Source: Gemmatimonas sp. (GTDB lineage: Bacteria > Gemmatimonadota > Gemmatimonadetes > Gemmatimonadales > Gemmatimonadaceae). From it: 64,000 nt of DNA. The translations under genes and the position numbers were made by a program. Each line of letters begins with the position of its first letter. The first letter of the stretch is position 1. The DNA is taken from the NCBI GenBank assembly GCA_965279375.1, contig OZ257156.1:462383-526382 (forward strand). Reading direction: 5' to 3'. Positions 43,768 to 53,382 of this stretch are shown one piece after another. The notes beneath the pieces are model-generated. The model ran no database searches. It was not told the DNA's origin and worked only from the letters and a program-made list of their open reading frames with translations.

Positions 43768-45144
43768 ATGACTGCATCACCGTATCGTATCCGCGTCGGA
43801 TTGGCGCTCAGCGCACTGACGCTTGCGGCCTCCTGTTCCAGCGTTCGCGACAGCTTGCTCGAGCCACAGCAACCTGGCGTTATCGGTCCGGAAGCCACCG
43901 AGTCACCCACCGCGGCCGACGCCCTGCGCAAGGGAGCGCTGAGTCGCTTGCGCGCGGCCACCGTGGGTGGTGAAAGCATCTGGCTGCTCGCCGGGCTCCT
44001 GGCCGACGAATGGAAGTCCGGCGACACCTTCTCGCAGCGCAACGAGACGGATCAGCGCGTTGTGCAGACGAACAACGCCAATGTCTCGTCGATGTATGTG
44101 ACGCAACACCGTGCCCGTGGCGCCGCCTACGACGCGCTCGCCGCACTGCGGAAATTCGCTCCGGACACCGTCTCCAAGCAGGCGCAGATGTACTGGGTCA
44201 TGGGCGTCGCCGAGCTCGGATTGGCCGAGAACTTCTGCAGTGGCGTGCCCTATGGGTTCCTGGTGGATGGCATTCCCACCTACACCGATCCGCTCACCAC
44301 GGCACAGGGATTCGCGCTGGCGCTCACGCACCTCGACTCCGCCCTCACGCTGGCCGCAGCCAGTGACACCTTCACCGTTGCCGTGCGCAACGCGATCCAG
44401 ATTTCACGCGCACGCGCACTGGTGAACATCGGTGGTGCCGCGAACTTCGCGCTCGCGGCCACTGCAGCCGCCAGCGTGCCTACCAGCTTCCAGTACCTGC
44501 AGACGTTCTCGCTGACCACCACGGACAACGCCGTCTGGTCACTCAACAACAGCCAGAAGCGGTGGGTGGTGGGCGACAGCTTCGATACGGGTGGGCTCAT
44601 CCAGAACGCGATTCCGTTCGCCTCCTCCAACGATCCGCGCGTGCCCAAGACGGGCACCACGCTCAACAGCACGTTGCTGCGTGCGTTCGACACGAGCACG
44701 TGGTTCGTGCAGCAGACTATCTACGGCCGCACCGATCCCGTACCGCTGGCCACGGGCATCGATGCGCGCCTCATCGAAGCCGAAGCGCGTCTGCAGGCGC
44801 AGGACATTCCGGGCATGATGACGATCCTGAATGCGTTGCGTACGACGTCACAGCGCATCGGCGCGTATCAGGTGCCGGTGATGGCCGCGCTTCCTGCGCC
44901 CACCTCGCAGGCGGCGGCAGTCGACCTGTATTTCCGCGAGAAGGCGTTCTGGTCGTTCAGCCGTGGACAGCGTCTGAGCGACATGCGTCGGCTCATTCGG
45001 CAGTACGGACGCACGCAAGCGCAGGTGTTCCCCTCGGGGCAGTTCTTCAAAGGAGGCACGTACGGGACCGACGTGAACTTCCCCGTCACGACCGACGAGA
45101 CGCCCAATCCGAAGTGGAAGGGATGCATCGATCGTAACGCCTGA
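43768..45144 (+). CDS. SusD/RagB-family outer-membrane lipoprotein
   Basis: The ATG at 43768 has an AGGA 8 nt upstream. MTASPYRIRVGLALSALTLAASC (lipobox). It starts 18 nt after SusC. C-terminal FREKAFWSFSRGQRLSDMRRL is a SusD-like motif. Confidence 0.8.
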   Translation: MTASPYRIRVGLALSALTLAASCSSVRDSLLEPQQPGVIGPEATESPTAADALRKGALSRLRAATVGGESIWLLAGLLADEWKSGDTFSQRNETDQRVVQTNNANVSSMYVTQHRARGAAYDALAALRKFAPDTVSKQAQMYWVMGVAELGLAENFCSGVPYGFLVDGIPTYTDPLTTAQGFALALTHLDSALTLAAASDTFTVAVRNAIQISRARALVNIGGAANFALAATAAASVPTSFQYLQTFSLTTTDNAVWSLNNSQKRWVVGDSFDTGGLIQNAIPFASSNDPRVPKTGTTLNSTLLRAFDTSTWFVQQTIYGRTDPVPLATGIDARLIEAEARLQAQDIPGMMTILNALRTTSQRIGAYQVPVMAALPAPTSQAAAVDLYFREKAFWSFSRGQRLSDMRRLIRQYGRTQAQVFPSGQFFKGGTYGTDVNFPVTTDETPNPKWKGCIDRNA

Positions 45145-45154
45145 CCAGTTGTAT

Positions 45155-45184
45155 GCGGCGCGTCTCACTCCAGAGACGCGCCGC
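45155..45184. terminator. Perfect 12-bp hairpin between convergent genes (bidirectional terminator candidate, no U-tract)
   Basis: gcggcgcgtctc (45155-45166), loop actcca, gagacgcgccgc (45173-45184). It lies between the SusD stop (45144) and the minus-strand hydrolase stop (45203). Confidence 0.45.
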
Positions 45185-45202
45185 AGGTCGCGGTCCAGCC
45201 GA

Positions 45203-45895
45203 TCAGTTCTTCTCCGGCACCGTGTCCAGGATCCGCTGTAGTTCGCCGATCTCGTCGTCGTTCACGAGATGCCCCATGCCCGCGTAGAGCGTGGCCGTCA
45301 CCTGCGCACCCAGTCGCGTGAACACCGCCGCGCTGTCGGTCACGCGCTCCTTGGGAATGTGGCCGTCGATGTCGCTGCAACCAAAGAACATCGGCATCGT
45401 GCCATAGTCGCCGGTGACGTCGTCCCACGTGGTGCCCGGCGGCCCGATCAAACCACCGCTGAAGATCACGACGCCGCCGTAGCGCCGCGGAAAGCGCAGG
45501 GCGAACTCGGAGGTCAGGCAGGCGCCCTGCGAGAATCCCAGCAATACGATGCGCTCGGCGGGAACACCCTGCGACATGAGCGAGGTGACGAGCGCTTCCA
45601 GCATGCGCAGCGCTGAACTCAACGAGGGCTCGTTGCGCTCGCGCGGCTCCATGAAGCCGTAGGGATACCACGTGCCACCAGCGGCGGCCGGCATCACGAC
45701 CGCGACATTCGGTCGGTCGAACCGCGGCATCAGCTCGACGATATTCTTGGGCGCGGCATTGCGGCCGTGGACCATGATCAACACTGCGGCAGCATCGGCG
45801 ATTGGCGCACCGGCATACACGGGCGGTTGATCGGCGTGGGGATCGGGGGACGTGTGCATGCGTGGAATGTGCGTGTCGAGCGCGCGGTCGGCCAT
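45203..45895 (-). CDS. Alpha/beta hydrolase, phospholipase/carboxylesterase (dienelactone-hydrolase-like) family
   Basis: VLIMVHGRNA, nucleophile elbow LLGFSQGACL, later GCSDIDGHIP and AGMGHLV (Ser-Asp-His order). The start is ATG 45895 (MADRAL...) or ATG 45859 (MHTSPD...). Confidence 0.75.
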   Translation of the reverse strand: MADRALDTHIPRMHTSPDPHADQPPVYAGAPIADAAAVLIMVHGRNAAPKNIVELMPRFDRPNVAVVMPAAAGGTWYPYGFMEPRERNEPSLSSALRMLEALVTSLMSQGVPAERIVLLGFSQGACLTSEFALRFPRRYGGVVIFSGGLIGPPGTTWDDVTGDYGTMPMFFGCSDIDGHIPKERVTDSAAVFTRLGAQVTATLYAGMGHLVNDDEIGELQRILDTVPEKN

Positions 45896-47510
45896 GCTCG
45901 CAGATTTCCATCGTCCGCCTCCAGTTCGTGTACGCGTTCCGCCACCGGAGTTGGCCCTGCAACCCATCGAACGATTCTACCGACGCGCCGACGCGCACCC
46001 GGAGCGCATCGCGCTCCTCAGTGCAGATGGCGCGCGCACGCTTGGCGAGGCGTCACCACTGGGCATCAGCTACGGCGCGCTGCGCCAGATGGTGGACGCG
46101 ATCGCCTGCGGACTGCAGGCGCTCGACCCAACACCAGGCAGCCGCGTTGGGATCTGTGCGAAGAACTCTGCGGAGCACCTGATCGCGCTGCTTTCCACCT
46201 ATGCCGCAGGCAAAGTGTGGGTGCCGCTCAGTCCGCGGAATGGGCGCGCCGAGCTGCATGCGATGCTCGCTGCCACGCGACCGGCCATCGTGATTTCAGA
46301 TGTGGCGAGCATGCCGCTTGTGGCGTCGAGCGGTGCGATATGCGTAGTGGCGGACGCCGAGCCGGACACCGCCGCGACGCGTGAGTCGACGCCTTCGCTC
46401 ATCGGCATGTGGCGACGCTTCGCCGGGGGCACACCGGCCGCTCATGCGCGCGGCGACGAGGATGCACAGATCATCAAGTTCAGCGGCGGCAGTACGGGCG
46501 CGCCCAAACCGGTGGTGCAGTCGGTGCGGTGCCTGCATGCGCAGGCCGATGGACTGCGCGACTTCTTCGAGTTTGCCGACGACGACGTGAACCTCATCGC
46601 CGCGCCGCTCACGCACGGTGCTTCGTGCTTCGTGCTGCCCATTCTCGAGCGCGGTGGAAGGCACGTGATGCTCGCCGAGCCCAAAGCGCCGATGGTGCTC
46701 GCGGCCATCGCCGCGCATGGTGTGACCACGATGTACGCACCGCCCACACTGCTCTACGCCATCATGGAGCAGGAGGAGGCGCCGCGTGAGGCGCGCGCGT
46801 CGCTCCGGCATGTGATCTACTCCGCTGCGCCGATGACGCCGGAGCGGATTCGCGAGTGCCAGCGTTTCTTCGGACCGGTTGTCGAAACCGCCTACGGCCA
46901 GGTGGAGGCGCCACAGATCATCAGCGGCATGCGTGCCGCGGAGCTGCTGGACGACGCCAATCTGACGTCCGTCGGGCGCCCCTCGCCTGTGGTACAGGTG
47001 GGCATCATGTCACCTAACGGTGAACTGCAGCCCGACGGCGAGGAGGGGGAGATCGTCGTGCGTGGGCCGCTGCTGATGAGCGGGTATCTCGATCGCGCCG
47101 ACGAAACGGCGCGCGCGCTGGTGGACGGTTGGCTGCACACCGGCGACGTGGGGCTGCTTGACGCACGCGGCTACCTGTTCATTCGCGGGCGCTTGCGCGA
47201 GACGATCAACAGCGGGGGCTTCAAGATCTTTCCGGGCGACGTGGATGCGTCGCTGCAGCGACATCCGGCGGTGGCGGAGGCAGCGGCGTTTGGCATGGAC
47301 GACGCCAAGTGGGGCGAGGCGGTGCACGCCGCCGTGGTGCTGGCGCCGGGCGCCGTGGCGACCGCGGAGGAACTCATCGCGCACGTGAAGCAGGAACTGG
47401 GTTCGGTGAAGGCGCCCAAGCGGATCTGGTGGCTGACTCAGTTGGAGCGCAACGCGGCCGGAAAGGTGAGTCGTGCCGGCGTGAAAGCAGCGGTGCTCAG
47501 GGACGCGTAG
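45894..47510 (+). CDS. AMP-dependent synthetase/ligase (acyl-CoA synthetase family)
   Basis: IKFSGGSTGAPKPV (AMP-binding core), YAPPT, GEIVVRGPLLMSGY, WLHTGDVG, RGRLRETINSGGFKI, and a terminal NAAGKV lysine. The start is uncertain: ATG 45894 or in-frame TTG 45951. Confidence 0.8.
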   Translation: MLADFHRPPPVRVRVPPPELALQPIERFYRRADAHPERIALLSADGARTLGEASPLGISYGALRQMVDAIACGLQALDPTPGSRVGICAKNSAEHLIALLSTYAAGKVWVPLSPRNGRAELHAMLAATRPAIVISDVASMPLVASSGAICVVADAEPDTAATRESTPSLIGMWRRFAGGTPAAHARGDEDAQIIKFSGGSTGAPKPVVQSVRCLHAQADGLRDFFEFADDDVNLIAAPLTHGASCFVLPILERGGRHVMLAEPKAPMVLAAIAAHGVTTMYAPPTLLYAIMEQEEAPREARASLRHVIYSAAPMTPERIRECQRFFGPVVETAYGQVEAPQIISGMRAAELLDDANLTSVGRPSPVVQVGIMSPNGELQPDGEEGEIVVRGPLLMSGYLDRADETARALVDGWLHTGDVGLLDARGYLFIRGRLRETINSGGFKIFPGDVDASLQRHPAVAEAAAFGMDDAKWGEAVHAAVVLAPGAVATAEELIAHVKQELGSVKAPKRIWWLTQLERNAAGKVSRAGVKAAVLRDA

Positions 47511-47564
47511 ATTCCTGAAGCCTGATAACCGTCGCGTGCCGATGAACGGCTCAGCGCGTCGAAC

Positions 47565-49013
47565 ATGACTTTGACTTCACGGACCACGCAGATGGCTGAT
47601 CGCACGTTGACGACGGACTATCTGATCATCGGCGCAGGCGCGGTATCGATGGCATTCGTCGACACGCTTCTGACGGAAAGTGATGCGGACGTCATCATGG
47701 TGGATCGGCGACACCGCTGCGGAGGCCACTGGAACGATGCGTATCCATTCGTGCGGCTGCATCAGCCGTCGGCGTACTATGGCGTCGCGTCGCGCGATCT
47801 GAGCAGCTGGACGATGGAGTCGACTGGTCCGAACGCGGGGATGTATTCGCTCGCGTCGGGCGCCGAGGTCTTGGCGCACTTCGACAACGTCATGCACGAA
47901 CGGTTTCTGGCGTCGGGGCGCGTGCGGTTTCTGTCGATGAGCGAGTACTCCGAAGGCCCGGACGGTGCCCATGTCGCGCGCTCACTCACAAGCGGCGAGA
48001 CGACGACCATCAGCGTGCGGAAGAAAGTTGTCGATGGCCGGTTGATGAACACGCAGATTCCGTCCACACATCCGCCGAAGTATCGAGTCGCTGACGACGT
48101 TCTGTGCATCCCGCCCAACGGGCTGACCAATCTGCGGCGACCGTACGCCAACTACACAGTGGTTGGCGCCGGCAAGACCGCCATCGATGCGTGCCTGTGG
48201 CTGCTGACGAACGACGTGGCGCCTTCGCGGATTCGCTGGATCATGCCACGCGACCCGTGGTTACTCGATCGCGCCAACTTCCAACCCGGCATCGAACGAT
48301 TCGAAGCGACGGGCGGGGCCCTCGCCGGCCAGTTCGAGTCGATCGCCGAGTCGGCCTCCATCGATGACCTGCTCGCACGGCTCGAGACCCGCGGCTTACT
48401 CATGCGCGTCGACTCTGCTGTCACGCCAACGATGTACCACTGCGCGGTCGTGTCCCGCGGCGAAATGGCGCTACTCCGCGGCATCACCGATGTCGTCCGC
48501 ATGGGGCGCGTGCAGTCGATCGAGCCATCACGCCTGGTGCTCGACGGGGGTTCGCTCGATGCGGACCCGGATTCGCTCTACATCGACTGCAGCGCGAGCG
48601 CGATCCCCTCAGGAAGTCGCGAGCGGCACATCACCTTTGCCGGTAATCGGATCAACTTGGTGATGATCCGACTCTGCCAGCCGTGCTTCAGCGCAGCGGC
48701 CATCGCGTGGGTCGAATGTCACGTCGACGATCCGTCAGCGCAGAATGCGCTCTGCGCACAGGTACCGGCACCAGATGTACCGGCCGACTGGTTGCGCATG
48801 TGGGCCGCCACCCTACAGAACATGCGCGCTTGGCGTCAGCATCCTGAATTCGACGCGTGGTTGGGTGCGCTTCGCCTCAACAGCGCCGTCACGATGTTAC
48901 GCGGCGGCACCCGCGAGGATCCGGCGGTACAAGCGCGGCTCGGCGCCATCGGGGCCTCGTCGCAGGCGGCTGCGGCCGCGCTCCCACGCCTGCTCGCCAC
49001 GCTGCAGGGGTAG
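47565..49013 (+). CDS. FAD/NAD(P)-binding oxidoreductase (flavin monooxygenase-like, two dinucleotide-binding motifs)
   Basis: DYLIIGAGAVSMAF (GxGxxG 1) and YTVVGAGKTAIDACLWL (GxGxxG 2). Substrate unknown. Confidence 0.7.
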   Translation: MTLTSRTTQMADRTLTTDYLIIGAGAVSMAFVDTLLTESDADVIMVDRRHRCGGHWNDAYPFVRLHQPSAYYGVASRDLSSWTMESTGPNAGMYSLASGAEVLAHFDNVMHERFLASGRVRFLSMSEYSEGPDGAHVARSLTSGETTTISVRKKVVDGRLMNTQIPSTHPPKYRVADDVLCIPPNGLTNLRRPYANYTVVGAGKTAIDACLWLLTNDVAPSRIRWIMPRDPWLLDRANFQPGIERFEATGGALAGQFESIAESASIDDLLARLETRGLLMRVDSAVTPTMYHCAVVSRGEMALLRGITDVVRMGRVQSIEPSRLVLDGGSLDADPDSLYIDCSASAIPSGSRERHITFAGNRINLVMIRLCQPCFSAAAIAWVECHVDDPSAQNALCAQVPAPDVPADWLRMWAATLQNMRAWRQHPEFDAWLGALRLNSAVTMLRGGTREDPAVQARLGAIGASSQAAAAALPRLLATLQG

Positions 49014-49036
49014 CGTCCGCGCGCGGTCTGCCCGCC

Positions 49037-49507
49037 TCAGACCCCGAACTGCCGCAAGTGATGATCGAGGTGCTTGGACATCAGCGCGTTCCACTCCGAC
49101 GACGTGAGCGGACCGAACGACAGTGACTCGCGCCCCTCGAACCGGGTGCGACCCTCGGCGGCGACACGCTGCAGATACGCAATCAGCCGGTCGCGTTCTG
49201 CCGCGAACTCGCGCTCATCGGTGATGCGAAAGGCCGGCGCGGTGGGAGTGCCCTGCGAGTACGGTACCGGGCCGATCACGCGGTCCTTCACCAACGTGCG
49301 CAGCACCCAGCGCATGACGGGATTCGGACGTGGATGCTTGTCGGTGTAGACCATCTCGTACGTCACGCAGCAGTGCGCCAACATCTGCGCAACGGTCATT
49401 TTCCCCCAGACGGGCCGCGAGTCCGGCGTGAGCGCGTTGATGCGCGCGATCGCGTGGTCCAGCGTCTGGGCATCGAACAGGTCGGGAAACGTTCCGATAG
49501 TCGGCAC
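49037..49507 (-). CDS. DUF1569 / DinB-like four-helix-bundle protein
   Basis: ...WGKMTVAQMLAHCCVTYE...SSEWNALMSKHLDHHLRQFGV. The His positions and C-terminal HLDHHL..FG are typical of DUF1569/DinB-superfamily proteins. Confidence 0.75.
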   Translation of the reverse strand: MPTIGTFPDLFDAQTLDHAIARINALTPDSRPVWGKMTVAQMLAHCCVTYEMVYTDKHPRPNPVMRWVLRTLVKDRVIGPVPYSQGTPTAPAFRITDEREFAAERDRLIAYLQRVAAEGRTRFEGRESLSFGPLTSSEWNALMSKHLDHHLRQFGV

Positions 49508-49692
49508 GGCGGCTCCTTGGCGTTCGGGGAATGTCGTTGGCGCTTGGCGCGCGACGAGAACAACTTATCGCGCCTGCGATCGACTCGGGAGCAACGGCAG
49601 CGATCGAGTTAGACGATCGATACAGGCGGCTACTCACTGCGGCAGGAGCAAGTTGCGCCTGCACGTGCCACTCTGCGGAGGCAAGCATCGTG

Positions 49693-50778
49693 ATGACGAT
49701 TCATCGACTGCTGGTTGCTGGCGTGCTCTCTGGCGTCGCTGTCGCGCCACTCGCCGCGCAAGCCGCGACAGAGATCAAGTTCGACGCAAATGCCTCACCA
49801 CTGACGCTGCCCCCATCGCTGCACTTCGGCGAAGTCACCGGCATCGACATCGATCAGCGACGCCATGTGTACGTCTTCACACGCACCGGCGCGCGCAGCA
49901 GCGTGCACGATGGCGCGGCCTCGCAGCTGTTCGAGTTTGGCCCGGACGGCAGATACATCCGAGAGATTGGAAAGGATCTGTACGGATTCTCCTTTGCGCA
50001 CACCGTCCGCGTCGACCCGCAAGGCAACATCTGGACGAGCGACGAAGGCACGAACATGATCGTGAAGTTCAGTAACGCAGGCCGAGTCCTGATGACGCTG
50101 GGCAGACGCGATGAGGCCGTTGAAGAGCCCGCGCCGCACGTACCCGGTGCACCCGAGCCGCCACCGCGCTGGGGCGGATTCAATCGCCCAACCGATGTCG
50201 CGTGGGACAACGATGGCAACGTCTTTGTCGCCGACGGCTACAACAACTCGCGCGTCGTGAAGATCGACAAGCATGGCCGCTGGCTCAAGACGTGGGGCGA
50301 ACGCGGCAAAGAGCCGGGGCAGTTCAACATTCTGCACACCATCGCCAGCGATGCGAAGGGCAACATCTACGTCGGTGATCGCACGAATCGCCGCATCCAG
50401 GTGTTCGACCCCAACGGCACCTTGCTGCGCGTCATGACCATCGATGTGCCGTACACCAAGGAAGTGAACGTCATGCTCGGCGCTCAGCCGCGCCCGGGAA
50501 CGAGCGCACTCGGTGCATCGGGAGCACCGTGGGCCATCTGCATCACGAAAGGCCCGACGCAGTATCTCTACAGCTCCGACGCGGTCCCCGGTCGCATCTA
50601 CAAGCTCACGCTCGATGGCAAGGTGCTTGGCGTGATGGGAGACGCGGGCAAGCGCGTGGGCGAGTTCGGCTGGATCCACCAGATCGCCTGCCCATCGGAG
50701 AATGAGCTATGGATCGGCGAGATCCTCAACTGGCGGGTGCAGAAGCTGACGCTGCATCCGACCAAGGAGCAGCGGTAA
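49693..50778 (+). CDS. NHL-repeat six-bladed beta-propeller protein, secreted
   Basis: ATG at 49693 (MTIHRLLVAGVLSGVAVAPLAAQ). Repeated NHL-like blades: GNIWTSDEGTNMIVKF, GNVFVADGYNNSRVVKIDKHG, GNIYVGDRTNRRIQVFDPNG, LWIGEILNWRVQKL. Confidence 0.75.
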   Translation: MTIHRLLVAGVLSGVAVAPLAAQAATEIKFDANASPLTLPPSLHFGEVTGIDIDQRRHVYVFTRTGARSSVHDGAASQLFEFGPDGRYIREIGKDLYGFSFAHTVRVDPQGNIWTSDEGTNMIVKFSNAGRVLMTLGRRDEAVEEPAPHVPGAPEPPPRWGGFNRPTDVAWDNDGNVFVADGYNNSRVVKIDKHGRWLKTWGERGKEPGQFNILHTIASDAKGNIYVGDRTNRRIQVFDPNGTLLRVMTIDVPYTKEVNVMLGAQPRPGTSALGASGAPWAICITKGPTQYLYSSDAVPGRIYKLTLDGKVLGVMGDAGKRVGEFGWIHQIACPSENELWIGEILNWRVQKLTLHPTKEQR

Positions 50779-50786
50779 CGCCCGGA

Positions 50787-51605
50787 CTATCGAGACGGTG
50801 TAGACGCGAGCATCGCGCTGACCAACTCCTTCACGATCTTCGCGGCCACCATCGCCGTCAGCCCGCTCGCATCGCGCTGCGGATTGAATTCCACCACGTC
50901 CGCGCCAACAATGTGGCCCGCGCACTGCTGAATCATCGTCAGCACTTCGCGGGTGGAGAGTCCGCCCGGCTCCCAATGCGAGACACCGGGCGCAAACGCT
51001 GGGTCGAGCCCGTCCATGTCCATGGAGATGTAGACGGGCTCCGCGATCACGGGGCGCACGCCCGCGGTCCAGGCACGCATGTCGATGACTTCCACGCCAA
51101 ACCGATCTGCCTGCGCCCGTTGGTGCGGCGTCAGCGTGCGGATGCCTACCTGAACCAGCCGCGACGCGAGACCTTCTTCCATGATGCGTGCGAAGGGGCA
51201 CGCATGTGAGTAGCGGTCTCCCTCGAACTCGTCGTACAGATCGGCGTGCGCATCGATGTGCAGAATCGTCGGGCGCGGATACACCGCATTCACCGCGCGC
51301 AGCACGGGATACGTCACGGAGTGGTCGCCGCCGAGTGCGAGCGATCGCGCACCGGTAGCGAGTACCGCAGCAATGCCTCGCTCGATCTCGGCGCGAGCGC
51401 TGGCGTCAGGCTCGAGCACCAGGTCACCGGCGTCGCGGAATGCCTGCGCATCCGAAAGATCCTGAAGCGACTCGGTCCAGCTATTCCCGGACGGCGAACG
51501 TAGCGCGGCGCGGATGTGCTGCGGTGCCTCGGCCGCGCCGCGCATGAATGAGGAGCTGGCGTCGTACGGAAGCCCAATCAGCGCGACTGGTGTGGCTGGC
51601 ATCAT
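50787..51605 (-). CDS. Agmatinase / ureohydrolase (arginase-family) enzyme
   Basis: The Mn-binding motifs are in canonical order: GGDHSVTYP, HIDAHADL, SMDMDGLDPAFAPGV, EPGGL. Confidence 0.85.
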   Translation of the reverse strand: MMPATPVALIGLPYDASSSFMRGAAEAPQHIRAALRSPSGNSWTESLQDLSDAQAFRDAGDLVLEPDASARAEIERGIAAVLATGARSLALGGDHSVTYPVLRAVNAVYPRPTILHIDAHADLYDEFEGDRYSHACPFARIMEEGLASRLVQVGIRTLTPHQRAQADRFGVEVIDMRAWTAGVRPVIAEPVYISMDMDGLDPAFAPGVSHWEPGGLSTREVLTMIQQCAGHIVGADVVEFNPQRDASGLTAMVAAKIVKELVSAMLASTPSR

Positions 51606-51615
51606 GAGCGGAGCC

Positions 51616-53211
51616 TTAGAGCGACATCATCGGCGCGACGAAGCGCCGCGACGAACGTTCGTACGCGTGTGCGAGTGCCAGCAGGCGCGCGTCGCTCCCA
51701 GGCAGCCCCACGAACGAGATGTTGCCCGCGGGCATGCCGTCCGCGCCCATTCCGCTGGGCACGGAGACCTCCGGCAACCCTAACCAATTGCCGTAGCCAA
51801 GCGTCGTGCGCACATCCGGCCATTTGTCCACGGCCCGCGGCGCAGGAAACGGCATCGTGGGATAGACCATCGCTTCGATGCGTTGCGCCTTGAACGACGC
51901 CGCGAGCTGCGCCAGCACGGTCTCGCGCGATCGCGCGAACGAGACACCAGCTGCATCACGCTCGTACGGCTGATCGATGAGTGCAGCCATCGCCTTCCAC
52001 TCTTTCGGCAGCACATCGTAGTACGCCTGATACGCGGCTAGTCCGCGTTCAACGTTGCGGCGCGCTTCGAGGCCATGCCGCTGGAAGTAACGAAGCAGCG
52101 CGTTGGCCGTGGCCGCGGGAGCGTTGGCATCGGGTGCGACGTCACCGCGCGCACGTGCCGCCGCCGCGAACTGATCGCGCACGTCGACGCGCGTGACCGA
52201 GGGCACGAACGACTCCACGCTCGCTCCGGCCTCACGCAAATCGGTCACCGCTCGATCGAACACCGACAGCGACTCGGCGGACATCTGCGCGCGTGGCACA
52301 TGAATCTCCACGAGGCCAAGCCGCGCACCCGCGAGTGCATCGTCACGCAACCTCGACAGAAGACCAGTACGCCACGGCGTACGCAGCGCCAATCCGTCCG
52401 AGGCATCGGGTCCCGCAATCGCATCGAGCAGCAGTGCCGCATCCGCCACCGAGCGGGCCAAGGGACCGTGCGTGTCGAGGTACGGCCATGTGGGGATGAC
52501 TCCGGTGCGCGGCACGAGACCAAACGTCGGCTTCATGCCAACTACGCCGCAGAACTGGGCGGGAATACGATTCGATCCACCGTCATCGGTGCCAAGCGCG
52601 GCGAAGGCCATTCCGCAGGCAACCGCCACCGCGGATCCCGCACTCGAACCGCCGGGCGTCTTGATGCCGGCGGGATCGTACGGGTTGCGCACTTGTCCCG
52701 TCAGCGTACTGGTGCCGTTTCCGCGGTATGCGAAGTCGTCGGCAGCAGTCTTGCCGAGCACGAGTGCGCCGGCCGCACGCAGGCGCGCCACCTCGAGCGC
52801 GTTGCGCAGCAGCGGCGCGGGAAAGAGATGTGCCCACTCCGCGCTTGAGGCCGTCGTCGGCATGCCAACCATGTCATAGATCGACTTGGCGAAGACCGGT
52901 ACACCATCCAGCGGGCCACGCAGCGCGCGACGTCGGGCCCGCGCGTCGGATGCGCGCGCCTCGTTGAGCGCAGTCTCTGACAATCGATCGATCGCGTGCA
53001 GCGCAGTCCCCCAGGAGCTGCACCGCTCGAGCGCGCGCTTCGTCACCTCGACGGCGCTCCACGCGCCACGCAGGCGTCCCGCCTGATACTCGACGATGCT
53101 CCCGCCGAGCGGATCGAGGACAGGCTCGGCCATCCCCAACGGCCAGTCGATGAGCGGCAGGGCGAACAGCGCGCTGAGTTGCGCCAGCGCGTCGCGTCGA
53201 GTGGGAGACAT
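51616..53211 (-). CDS. Amidase-signature family enzyme with a twin-arginine (Tat) signal
   Basis: MSPTRRDALAQLSALFALPL (RR motif). Amidase signature GGSSAGSAVAVACGMAFAALGTDDGGSNRIPA. Confidence 0.85.
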   Translation of the reverse strand: MSPTRRDALAQLSALFALPLIDWPLGMAEPVLDPLGGSIVEYQAGRLRGAWSAVEVTKRALERCSSWGTALHAIDRLSETALNEARASDARARRRALRGPLDGVPVFAKSIYDMVGMPTTASSAEWAHLFPAPLLRNALEVARLRAAGALVLGKTAADDFAYRGNGTSTLTGQVRNPYDPAGIKTPGGSSAGSAVAVACGMAFAALGTDDGGSNRIPAQFCGVVGMKPTFGLVPRTGVIPTWPYLDTHGPLARSVADAALLLDAIAGPDASDGLALRTPWRTGLLSRLRDDALAGARLGLVEIHVPRAQMSAESLSVFDRAVTDLREAGASVESFVPSVTRVDVRDQFAAAARARGDVAPDANAPAATANALLRYFQRHGLEARRNVERGLAAYQAYYDVLPKEWKAMAALIDQPYERDAAGVSFARSRETVLAQLAASFKAQRIEAMVYPTMPFPAPRAVDKWPDVRTTLGYGNWLGLPEVSVPSGMGADGMPAGNISFVGLPGSDARLLALAHAYERSSRRFVAPMMSL

Positions 53212-53382
53212 GGCTGAGCGTGAAAGGGTGCGACGGCGCGTACTCGTCCGAGGAAATTGCCCGCTTGCGTGGTCGCTCGGAAGAAGCGCTCACGTCCGCA
53301 CCGCATTTGGCTGGCTCACAACGTGCAGTGCGGGGTGGAGCCCGAGAACGTCTGAGGTTCGACCATCGCCACCCTCCGTCCG

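Noticed and set aside
49014-49036. The GC palindrome ccgcgcgcgg between convergent genes, considered as a terminator
   Set aside because: The stem would have no loop and there is no U-tract. It is too short to call.
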